Translations under genes and position numbers: made by a program
Shown: positions 7,183 through 15,600 of the stretch, piece by piece
How the letters are laid out: every line of letters begins with the position of its first letter
Position numbering within the stretch: position 1 is the first letter of the stretch
DNA from: a virus
Lineage: Duplodnaviria > Caudoviricetes
DNA length: 25,722 nucleotides
Strand: one strand, 5' to 3'
IMG/VR virus record: IMGVR_UViG_3300047308_000027
Location: 1 to 25,722 of that record
Notes under the pieces: generated by a model
Told to the model about the DNA's origin: nothing
What the model saw: only the letters and a program-made list of their open reading frames with translations
The model's database searches: none

Positions 7183-8780
7183 CAGCTAAGAGCAGATACG
7201 ACGCCCTATCGGCAACTCGTAATCAGTTCTTGAATACCGCTGTTGAATGTAGTCGGTTAACTCTTCCATATCTTATTACGTTAGAGAAGCACCCAACACC
7301 ACACTCCATGTTGTTTACACCATGGCAAAGTGTTGGTGCCAAGGGGGTTGTGACGCTTGCATCTAAGTTGATGCTTGCGTTGCTTCCTCCTCAGACTACA
7401 TTCTTCAAGCTTCAAGTTCGTGATGACAAACTAGGAACTGAGATTCCTGCAGAAGTTAGGTCTGAACTAGATCTAAGTTTTTCAAAGCTAGAACGTATGG
7501 TGATGGATTCCATCTCTGCTTCTAGTGATCGAGTGACTGTCCATCAAGCTATCAAACACTTGGTAGTTGGTGGTAATGCTTTGATCTTTATGGGACGGGA
7601 TGGTCTTAAGCATTTCCCTCTTAACCGTTACGTTATTAATCGTGATGGCAATGGGAATATCCTTGAGATTGTTACCAAAGAATTGATTGACCGGGATCAA
7701 CTTGATATCCCAGACATCATTCCTAATGTACCAGGGGATGATGGGGTTAAGAATGGTATGTCGGACAATGATGTTGAGGTGTACACCCACGTCAAGCTGG
7801 AGAATGGTCGTTGGGTTTGGTATCAAGAAGTGTTTGGGAAGATCATTCCTAACACTCGTTCTACCGCCCCTAAGACTAACTCCCCCTGGCTTGTCCTGAG
7901 ATTTAACACCGTAGACGGTGAGGATTATGGTCGTGGAAGGGTTGAGGAGTTCCTTGGTGATCTCCGTGCCCTTGAGTCACTGTCACAAGCCCTCGTAGAG
8001 GGTACAGCAGCCGCTGCAAAGGTTATCTTCACAGTGTCTCCTAGCTCTACTACCAAACCTCAGACTATTGCCAATGCTGGTAATGGAGCAATTGTTCAGG
8101 GTCGCCCCGATGACATTGCTGTGATCCAGGTTGGTAAGACAGCTGACTTCCGTACAGCACAAGAGATGGTAGTGATGCTGACCCAACGGATCAGTGAAGC
8201 TTTCCTTGTCTTGAATGTAAGGCAGAGCGAACGTACTACTGCTGAAGAAGTACGTATGACTCAGATGGAATTGGAACAGCAATTGGGTGGACTCTTCAGT
8301 CTGCTTACTGTTGAGTTCCTGGTTCCTTATCTGAATCGTAAGTTAATGGTTCTTCAACGTGACGGTGAACTACCCAAGATCCCCAAAGACTTGGTTAAGC
8401 CAACCATCGTTGCTGGTATCAACGCCCTTGGTCGTGGTCAGGATCGTGAGTCATTGACCACCTTCATCACCACCATTGCCCAGACAATGGGTCCACAGGC
8501 TTTGGCTCAGTACATCAACCCAGAGGAAGCCATCAAACGTTTGGCTGCAGCTCAAGGTATAGATATCCTGAACCTAGTTAAATCTATGGATCAGCTGCAA
8601 CAGGATAAGCAACAACAGCAACAACAAGCTGTTAGTCAGTCTTTGGTTGATCAAGCTGGCCAACTAGCTGGGACACCAATGATGGATCCAACTAAAAACC
8701 CTAACGCAATGGAGATGATGACCGGTGGAAACGCACAAGCCAATCCGACCCCCCAAGAGCAAGCTCCCCCAGGTCAGTAA
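7179..8780 (+). CDS. gp8: Portal / head-to-tail connector
   Basis: QSVGAKGV..LASKLMLALLPP, GEDYGRG.VEE, ERTTAEEVR and ALGRGQD motifs; 533 aa. Confidence 0.96.
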   Translation: MTAKSRYDALSATRNQFLNTAVECSRLTLPYLITLEKHPTPHSMLFTPWQSVGAKGVVTLASKLMLALLPPQTTFFKLQVRDDKLGTEIPAEVRSELDLSFSKLERMVMDSISASSDRVTVHQAIKHLVVGGNALIFMGRDGLKHFPLNRYVINRDGNGNILEIVTKELIDRDQLDIPDIIPNVPGDDGVKNGMSDNDVEVYTHVKLENGRWVWYQEVFGKIIPNTRSTAPKTNSPWLVLRFNTVDGEDYGRGRVEEFLGDLRALESLSQALVEGTAAAAKVIFTVSPSSTTKPQTIANAGNGAIVQGRPDDIAVIQVGKTADFRTAQEMVVMLTQRISEAFLVLNVRQSERTTAEEVRMTQMELEQQLGGLFSLLTVEFLVPYLNRKLMVLQRDGELPKIPKDLVKPTIVAGINALGRGQDRESLTTFITTIAQTMGPQALAQYINPEEAIKRLAAAQGIDILNLVKSMDQLQQDKQQQQQQAVSQSLVDQAGQLAGTPMMDPTKNPNAMEMMTGGNAQANPTPQEQAPPGQ

Positions 8781-8928
8781 ACCTGACGTATCTGGAGCGG
8801 AAGAAGTTAAAAACAAATACGCCCGTAAGCGTCTAATTGGTCCCCCTAAAACAAAGAACGTTATAGACACCATTGGACTGGGTAACCTAAAAGTAGAAAC
8901 AATGTATGGCAAACCAACTGACGTATGA
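8725..8928 (+). CDS. Small basic hypothetical protein between portal and scaffold
   Basis: 67-aa ORF that fills the gap and overlaps both neighbours. Confidence 0.55.
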   Translation: METHKPIRPPKSKLPQVSKPDVSGAEEVKNKYARKRLIGPPKTKNVIDTIGLGNLKVETMYGKPTDV

Positions 8929-9700
8929 TCCAACCGAATATGACGAACAGGAATTCTCTGAAGAAGAACTGGATTCGTTGAGGGTTGGTGAGGAACTTGT
9001 AGCAGAACAGGATGACCTGTTGGCTGGTAAGTACCGTGATGCACAGGAACTAGAGCAGGCGTACCTTGAGCTTCAACGTAAGCTTGGTGAACGCAACGCT
9101 GATGATCCTGAAGAATATCCTGAAGAGACCGATGATCAGGAAGAAGAGGAGTATGAAGTATCCCCTGGTGTCAACCTTATTCAAGAGGCTTCGGCGGAAT
9201 ACTATGAGAACGGTGGCCAACTTACTGAAGAGACTCTAGCCAGGTTTGGTGAGATGTCTAGTCAGGACTTAGTTGCTGCATACCTTGAGATTCAAGCAAA
9301 CGCACCACAACAAGAACAGTATGAAGCATCTCCTGATCTCACAGATAGGGAGGTCAACTTTATCCAAAACAGTGTTGGTGGTGAGCAAGCGTACTCCAAT
9401 CTCATTGGTTGGGCATCCGAGAATCTTAACCCCGAATATGTTCAGGCCTTCGATAACGTGGTGGAGTCTGGCAATGTTCAGGCTATCCAGCTTGCTGTCG
9501 CTGGTCTCAGGAGTGAGTATGAACAAGCTGTTGGATATGAAGGAAGGATGCTTTCAGGTAAAGCAGCAACTACTTCATACGACGCGTTCCGTTCTCAGGC
9601 TGAAGTGGTTCGAGCCATGAGTGATCCACGCTATGAGAATGATCCTGCATACCGTCAGGACATCTTTGACAAGCTAGATCGTTCTAATATCGAATTCTAA
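8906..9700 (+). CDS. gp9: Capsid assembly scaffolding protein
   Basis: Very acidic, with LLAGKY..A.ELE.AY.EL, VGGE..Y..L..WA and AMSDPRY..DPAYR motifs. Confidence 0.93.
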   Translation: MANQLTYDPTEYDEQEFSEEELDSLRVGEELVAEQDDLLAGKYRDAQELEQAYLELQRKLGERNADDPEEYPEETDDQEEEEYEVSPGVNLIQEASAEYYENGGQLTEETLARFGEMSSQDLVAAYLEIQANAPQQEQYEASPDLTDREVNFIQNSVGGEQAYSNLIGWASENLNPEYVQAFDNVVESGNVQAIQLAVAGLRSEYEQAVGYEGRMLSGKAATTSYDAFRSQAEVVRAMSDPRYENDPAYRQDIFDKLDRSNIEF

Positions 9701-9707
9701 GGAATAT

Positions 9708-9738
9708 AGCTCTGCATCTTGCGAGTAGTTGTAGAGCT
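9708..9738 (+). promoter_or_regulatory. Intergenic stem-loop after the scaffold gene
   Basis: AGCTCTGCA (9708-9716) pairs with TGTAGAGCT (9730-9738). There is no U-tract. Confidence 0.5.
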
Positions 9739-9776
9739 GACGTGTGAGCCATATGAAAGTTCTTTGCAATTTTACT

Positions 9777-10073
9777 ATGCTACCTCTGCTAACTACTCTG
9801 TCCGTCATTAGTTCTTGGTACGGCCCTGGCTTTAATGGCCTACGTACTGCTAATGGTGAACGATTTAATCAACACGCTCTAACTGCAGCACACAAGACAC
9901 TACCGTTTGGAACACGACTTAAGGTTTGTTTCCAGCGATGTGCCGTGGTGCGTGTCAATGATCGAGGACCTTACATTCCTGGGAGGTCAATTGATCTCAG
10001 TAAAGGCGCGGCTGAAGCTATCGGTCTTGCTGGCTCTGGAGTTGGCCGAGTCAATATCACACGACTCAGTTAA
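9777..10073 (+). CDS. rlpA: RlpA-like double-psi beta-barrel lytic transglycosylase
   Basis: SWYGPGFNG..TANGERF....LTAAHKTLPFGT, VRVNDRGPY, R.IDLS..AA motifs. Likely start is ATG 9777; the track begins at 9744. Confidence 0.92.
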   Translation: MLPLLTTLSVISSWYGPGFNGLRTANGERFNQHALTAAHKTLPFGTRLKVCFQRCAVVRVNDRGPYIPGRSIDLSKGAAEAIGLAGSGVGRVNITRLS

Positions 10074-10090
10074 CATACACTTTTTTTATT

Positions 10091-10261
10091 ATGGCACACG
10101 AAGGTTTTAACCCGAAGACTTCTTCGGTAATTCCTCAGTATCTTGTTAAGACTACTGGTGATCGTTTCTTTATTCCTGCTTACCCTGATCCTCATGTGAA
10201 TGCAGGTGACCTGGCTTCATGTCAGTCACTGTCTCCTAAGGGTATTCAAAAGGTAGCTTGA
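10091..10261 (+). CDS. Small hypothetical protein, 56 aa (MAHEGFNPKTSS...KGIQKVA); not in the ORF track
   Basis: Read by hand. ATG follows a T-rich leader and codons are T-ending like those of other late genes. Confidence 0.65.
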   Translation: MAHEGFNPKTSSVIPQYLVKTTGDRFFIPAYPDPHVNAGDLASCQSLSPKGIQKVA

Positions 10262-10608
10262 TAACAGATTGGAGGCACCTCAGAGTAGGACCTCCTTTCT
10301 CTTGCCCGCGTCCGTGGCTTAGTAACGGTGAAACTGTAAACCCCTCCCAAAGGGTAACAGGTATGGATCTTTGTTTTACACCTTGCTGCTGTTAGCGCAG
10401 GGTTATCTGCCAACTTGGTCTTAAGTATGACGCTGGGCCCATAGCCCAGAAATGATGGTCCGATCCCATCAGTTGGTGTTGGCTTAGGCCCGCTAAGGCG
10501 GACACCCTTTGCCATTGACAGTTCGGAGAGACGAACACTTGATATTTTAACGCGCAAAATTTTCCAACGTTGGAGAGAAACTTTTAACCATTCTCTCTTT
10601 TACTTCCA
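10262..10608 (+). ncRNA. Highly structured non-coding region / capsid mRNA leader
   Basis: Tandem hairpins at 10271-10295, 10312-10328, 10334-10360, 10381-10402, 10480-10514, 10521-10536 and 10570-10609, plus the cloverleaf at 10409-10478. Confidence 0.65.
10409..10478 (+). tRNA. Atypical tRNA-Met(CAU)-like cloverleaf (initiator-like; possibly a pseudo-tRNA or tRNA mimic)
   Basis: Acceptor GCCAACT/AGTTGGT; D arm GTC-TTAAGTAT-GAC; anticodon arm CTGGG-CCCATAG-CCCAG with CAT at 10440-10442; variable AAAT; T arm GATGG-TCCGATC-CCATC. No CCA is encoded. Confidence 0.72.
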
Positions 10609-11628
10609 ATGGCCACTGCACCTAATGCAACCCAATCACCGCTTGGTGTAATTAATAAGGCGGTAGCTGATACCGACAAGTCCCGTGCTTATAATACTAA
10701 GTACGGCACCTATCTGAAACTGTTCAGTGGTGAATTGTTCAAGGCTTATGAAGCTGCTTGTATCGCTAAAGGCACGGTTCAGAACCGTACCCTGAAGAAC
10801 GGCAAGAGCCTTCAGTTTATCTTCACTGGTCGCATGACCGCTGATTACCATTCCGTGGGTACTCCTATCCTTGGTTCTGGTGATCCCCCGGTGGCAGAGA
10901 AGACCATCGTCTGTGACGACCTGCTGATCTCCAGCGCGTTTGTCTATGACCTTGATGAAACTCTGGCTCACTACAGCCTCCGCTCTGAGATTGCCGCCAA
11001 GATCGGCTACGCTCTGGCTGAAGCTTATGACAAAAAGATCTTCCGCACCATTGCCAAAGCTGCACGTGAGGCTCACCCCATCACTGCTGCTCCTGGTCCT
11101 GAGCCCGGCGGTTCGATCATCAAAGTTGGTGCTGGTAATGAGTACAACGCTCAAAGCATCGTTGATGCCTTCTTTGAAGCTGCTTCCATCCTTGATGAAA
11201 AGAACCTTCCTAAGACTGGCCGTACCGCTGTCCTCAGCCCTCGTCAGTACTACGCTCTGATCTCTCAAGTTGATACCAACATTCTCTACCGGGAATTTGG
11301 TAACACCCAAGGTTCTATGAACTCTGGCGAAGGTCTGATGCAGATTGCTGGCATCGACATCCGTCGTTCCAACAACCTCCCCTTCAAAGCTGGCACTGTT
11401 GCCGCTGTGTCTGGTGAGAACAATGACTACTCTGGTGACTTCTCCGCTCACTGCGGTTTGATCTACCAGAAAGATGCTGCTGGCGTTGTGGAAGCTATTG
11501 GTCCTCAAGTGCAAACCACCTCTGGTGATGTGTCTGTCCTGTACCAGGGCGACATCATCGTTGGTCGTCTTGCCATGGGCTGTGGCACCCTGAACCCTGC
11601 TGCTGCTATCGAACTGCAGGCAGTCTGA
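10609..11628 (+). CDS. gp10: Major capsid protein
   Basis: YLKLFSGE.F.A, RTLKNGKSLQFIFTG, EK.I..DDLLISS and LSPRQYYAL motifs, with strong codon bias. Confidence 0.97.
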   Translation: MATAPNATQSPLGVINKAVADTDKSRAYNTKYGTYLKLFSGELFKAYEAACIAKGTVQNRTLKNGKSLQFIFTGRMTADYHSVGTPILGSGDPPVAEKTIVCDDLLISSAFVYDLDETLAHYSLRSEIAAKIGYALAEAYDKKIFRTIAKAAREAHPITAAPGPEPGGSIIKVGAGNEYNAQSIVDAFFEAASILDEKNLPKTGRTAVLSPRQYYALISQVDTNILYREFGNTQGSMNSGEGLMQIAGIDIRRSNNLPFKAGTVAAVSGENNDYSGDFSAHCGLIYQKDAAGVVEAIGPQVQTTSGDVSVLYQGDIIVGRLAMGCGTLNPAAAIELQAV

Positions 11629-11630
11629 TC

Positions 11631-11780
11631 ATGGCTGTAACCGTACTTAGCGCCGCTAATGGCGCCAAAGAAGTTATTGTTCCCAAGCGGAACACTATCT
11701 CTGGTAAAGGCTCTTACACAATTGCTAGCGAGACCTATAACCCTCGCAAGCCTGTAGAGATCGGTCGTACTACAACTTAA
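11631..11780 (+). CDS. Small protein, 49 aa (MAVTVLSAANGAKEV...PVEIGRTTT), candidate minor head protein; not in the ORF track
   Basis: Read by hand. ATG lies 2 nt after the capsid stop and upstream of the terminator. Confidence 0.6.
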   Translation: MAVTVLSAANGAKEVIVPKRNTISGKGSYTIASETYNPRKPVEIGRTTT

Positions 11781-11791
11781 GGTAATTAATT

Positions 11792-11989
11792 ATGGCTGCT
11801 AACCTTTCAACTGAAAAGGGTACTACCGCTGCACTCTCGGGTGTATGCGCTACTGCTATCCGTGCTTCTGTTGCACGTACTCGCCGTGCATGGGGCGGCA
11901 CTGCTGTTGCTGCTAGCACTGTTACTTCTACCACCTCTGGTGTTCGTAACTATGCTGGTGGTGTTGAGTGTAACCTCCCTACTATCTAG
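11792..11989 (+). CDS. Small Ala/Thr-rich protein, candidate minor head protein
   Basis: 65 aa, AAGGT SD-like element, capsid-like codon usage, and location before the terminator. Confidence 0.65.
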   Translation: MAANLSTEKGTTAALSGVCATAIRASVARTRRAWGGTAVAASTVTSTTSGVRNYAGGVECNLPTI

Positions 11990-12003
11990 TTTAATACTTA
12001 CTT

Positions 12004-12033
12004 GGGAGTCCTTTCGGGGGGCTCCCTTTTTTT
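12004..12033 (+). terminator. Intrinsic terminator (T-phi equivalent) after the capsid cluster
   Basis: GGGAGTCC...GGGCTCCC stem followed by T7. Confidence 0.9.
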
Positions 12034-12044
12034 ATACATATACC

Positions 12045-12653
12045 ATGTCCTCCATTTCCTTTGATACTGAGACAGAACTCCACGCAATCAATATGATCTT
12101 GGGGGCCATTGGTCAATCTGCCGTCACTACTGTCAATTATGAAAACCCTGAAGTAGAGCTGATCGCTAGGACTCTACAGGATGTAAGCGTTCAAACTCAA
12201 GCCGAAGGTTGGGTATTTAATACTGAATATCGCTACCCATTCTCACCTGATGAAGACGGCAATATCTTTTATCCACTGAATGTACTGCAGTTGGATTTAA
12301 GTGATACTGAAGACCCTAGTATTGATATTGTACGTAGAGACGGAAGAGTCTATGATAAATTTAATCATACCTTTACATTCACCAAGCCACTCTATTGTGA
12401 TGTAGTTTGGAACTTTGATTTCGTAGACCTTCCCACGCCTTTCAAGCAATACATCACCTATAGAGCAGCTCGTATTGTTGCTAGTAAGTTGATTGGTGAT
12501 AAGGAGATCTATTTACTTCTCCAAGATCAGGAGACTGTAGCCCGTGTGATCTGCATGGAGTATGAGTGCAATCAAGGTGACTATAACTTCCTTGGTTATC
12601 CACGTGGGTCACAAGGTTATAACTACCGTCCATACCAGGCACTGATCCGCTAA
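12045..12653 (+). CDS. gp11: Tail tubular protein A (adaptor)
   Basis: TELHAIN.ILGAIGQ, QAEGWVFNTE and F.DLP..F..YITYRAAR motifs. The real start is ATG 12045, because the track's 11841 start crosses the terminator. Confidence 0.92.
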   Translation: MSSISFDTETELHAINMILGAIGQSAVTTVNYENPEVELIARTLQDVSVQTQAEGWVFNTEYRYPFSPDEDGNIFYPLNVLQLDLSDTEDPSIDIVRRDGRVYDKFNHTFTFTKPLYCDVVWNFDFVDLPTPFKQYITYRAARIVASKLIGDKEIYLLLQDQETVARVICMEYECNQGDYNFLGYPRGSQGYNYRPYQALIR

Positions 12654-15600
12654 TGCCAAATATCACCCAGAAAATTTCAAGCTATGTTCATGGTATCTCC
12701 CAGCAACCTGATCACCTAAAGAAGCAAGGTCAGGTTAGGGATGCTTTGAATGTAATACCAGATCCAACCATTGGCCTTGTAAAGCGGCCAGGATCTGAAT
12801 TAATTAATAAACTGAACACAACGAAGGAAGGTAAGTGGTTTACGATCTTTCGTGATACTACTGAAAAGTATATTGGTCAGTACCTTAATGGAAGCCTTCG
12901 CATCTGGTCTCTCCTAGACGGTACTCCAAGAGTCATACGTTACAATAGCACACCTGACCTTGTACATCCTGATGATGGTGGTGTTGGTCTACCTGCTGAC
13001 TTTGGTTCTAGTCTGAATCCAGCAGCTACTTTATCAGTAACACCAGTCCGTCCAACAGGCTGTGATCCAGCACTGATGAAGACACGGCTGGATACTTACC
13101 TTGCTAAGAAGAGTGAGTATGATGCACAGGAAGCTGTAGTTTCCTCTGCTAATGCTGACTACGAGAATAAAAAAGCTAATATCCTTTCTTATGTTTTGTA
13201 CAGTAGCCCAGTATGGAATAATGCTAGGGGACCTGTTGGAACTGGAGGTTTCTGGGTTAGACATGGTGTGACACCTGTTGCTCCATCTGGCTATGCTATT
13301 GGACCTAAAAGATATGACAATATAGCTGTTCCAAACTCTAGGTATACGGTTGCATGGGATGGCTATGATCTTCTTAAGGTAACTGGTATTTATACTCAAG
13401 CTGAGGTTGATGCTGCTAAAGCAACAGCTGATGCAGCTCAAGCACTCTTACCTGCACTTGCTTCTGCAACCTTAGCACTCAAGAAGCTTTATGAGATTGA
13501 AGCCATTAAATGTGGTGTAGCTGAAGATGGTAGTGTCTCAACAGGTACTGGTACAACAACTGTAACACCTGTACAAACAGTGCCTTACCTTCTTGCTGCA
13601 ACACCTGATGACATAGAGATCCTCACTGTAAATGATTACACCTTCTTTACCAATAAGAAGCGAATCATCAGCATGGGTAACACCACTGCTAACTCACGTC
13701 CCTATGAAGCCTTCATTAACCTGAAGACCCTGGAGTACAACACCGAGTATTCGATCTCCTTTTCCAAGCCTGGTAGTACTGCGGATGTCCTTGTACCTTA
13801 TGCCACAGCACTGACCATTGATCCTGGTGACTGGGAAGAAAGCGATGGTACCTGCCCCTTCACGCAAACTGCTACGTTTAATAAAACCAGTGGTAGCAAA
13901 ATCAACATGCGCTACCAGATCGAAACACGTGGGCAGGCAGCTCCTGTTAATAATGCTGACCCATACTCTGGTTACAAGTGTAAGTACAAGACTTATGTCA
14001 CGCTTGTAAATGGTGGTCAGGGTTGGGTAACTGGCGATAGCTGGACAGAAACAATGTCTGGTAAGACGTACACTATTCGTGTCTCGTCTCATGAGTATAG
14101 GTCAACCTATCCAACCCTTATTAACACTACCCCCAAGCTACTTCCTAAGGATGCTGCTACTGGGACCATAACTTACGAATCAATCCTGTCTTATTTCAAG
14201 ACACAGATTGATGCTAACTTTGGATGGTTTGCAACAGTTGTTGGGACTGGTTTGTATGTGACTGGACCTTCTGAATTCCAAGTGAATGCTAAGGGTGGTC
14301 GTACAGATGATGCCATTGTATCGATGACCAATAAGGTCAACAACATTAGTCGGCTTCCTCTCCAGTGTAAGGACGGTTATGTAGTCAAGATTCTCAATAC
14401 TGGTGATGACAAGGATGATTACTATGTCAAGTTTGTCGGTACTACTCCTGGTGTGGATGGACCTGGAGCATGGGAGGAGACCATCAAGCCTGGGATCCTA
14501 GTCAACTTCAACTATGCAACCATGCCCCACCAACTGGTACGTATGCCAGATGGTACGTTCATGTTCAGCCCTGTGGATTGGGAAGACCGTTTAGTTGGTG
14601 ATGACGATACCAATCTTCAACCATCCTTTGTAGGAAGCACCATCAATAAGATGTTCTTCTATAGGAATAGGTTGGGGATGCTCAGTGGAGAGAATATCAT
14701 CCTTAGTCGGTCTGGTGACTTTTTTAACTTCTGGAGTAAGACAGCTATTGCCATATCTGATGCTGATCCAATTGACCTAGCAACCAGTTCCACTACTCCC
14801 TGTATTTTGTACAGTGCGGTTGGTATGAAGGTAGGACTGTTGGTCTTTAGTAAGGACAAGCAATTCTTATTTGGTACATCGCAAGATCTTCTGACACCAC
14901 AGACTGCCAAAATTGAAACCCTTAGTACATATACCTATAACGTTAACTCTCAGTTAATTGATATGGGTACTACGATTGGATTCTTATCTGAGAGTGGTAA
15001 ATGGTCTAGATTCTTTGAGATGACAGGTATCAGCTCAAGCAACACACCAGAAATCATTGAGCAGTCAAAGATCATCTCTGAATTGATTCCAGTCAATGCT
15101 AAAGAGATTGCACAATCAAAAGAGAATACGTTCATTGCCTTTGCTGAGCGTGATACTCCTGACTTGTTTGTGTATAAATTCTTTAACAATGGTCAGGAAA
15201 GGATTGTTACCTCTTGGGTTCGCTGGCAACTTGATGGTAACTTGATCCACCATGCTGTTGATAAAGATGTTTATTATGCTGTCACTAGCAATGGATCTGA
15301 TGTCAATCTTGTTAGCATTAACCTTACCATTAATTCAGATGAATTGATTGTTAACAAGGGCGATGTGTCTTATTCTCCTAGGCTGGATAACAGAATTGTT
15401 ATTCCTAGTAGTGCGTTAACTTTCAACGCTACGCTCTATGAAACATCGTTTGTATCCAACACTGTGTACCGTATTGCAGATGCTGTTGCATTTGGTATAG
15501 GTAGTTCACGGTTCCAAGGTAAGGTTGATGTCTTTAAATCAATCAGTACTAATGCTACGACTGGTATCACCACGTACAAGTTGTCTGGCAATTGGACTGA

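Noticed and set aside
10421-10477. Hammerhead ribozyme (ATGA...stem...GAAA...stem)
   Set aside because: It lacks the CUGANGA core and the UH cleavage site, and the cloverleaf explains the stems better.
10515-10548. Sigma70 promoter from a perfect TTGACA at 10515-10520
   Set aside because: There is no acceptable -10 hexamer at 16-18 nt spacing.
10246-10557. 103-aa minus-strand ORF across the capsid leader
   Set aside because: It has no protein-like features, and the region is better explained by + strand RNA structure.
10636-11514. 292-aa antisense ORF opposite the capsid gene
   Set aside because: It is a codon-aligned shadow of a strongly biased gene with no recognisable motifs, and the window is otherwise single-stranded in coding.
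11841-12044. N-terminal extension of tail tube A in the ORF track
   Set aside because: It overlaps the 65-aa gene and crosses the terminator, and gp11-like sequence starts at ATG 12045.
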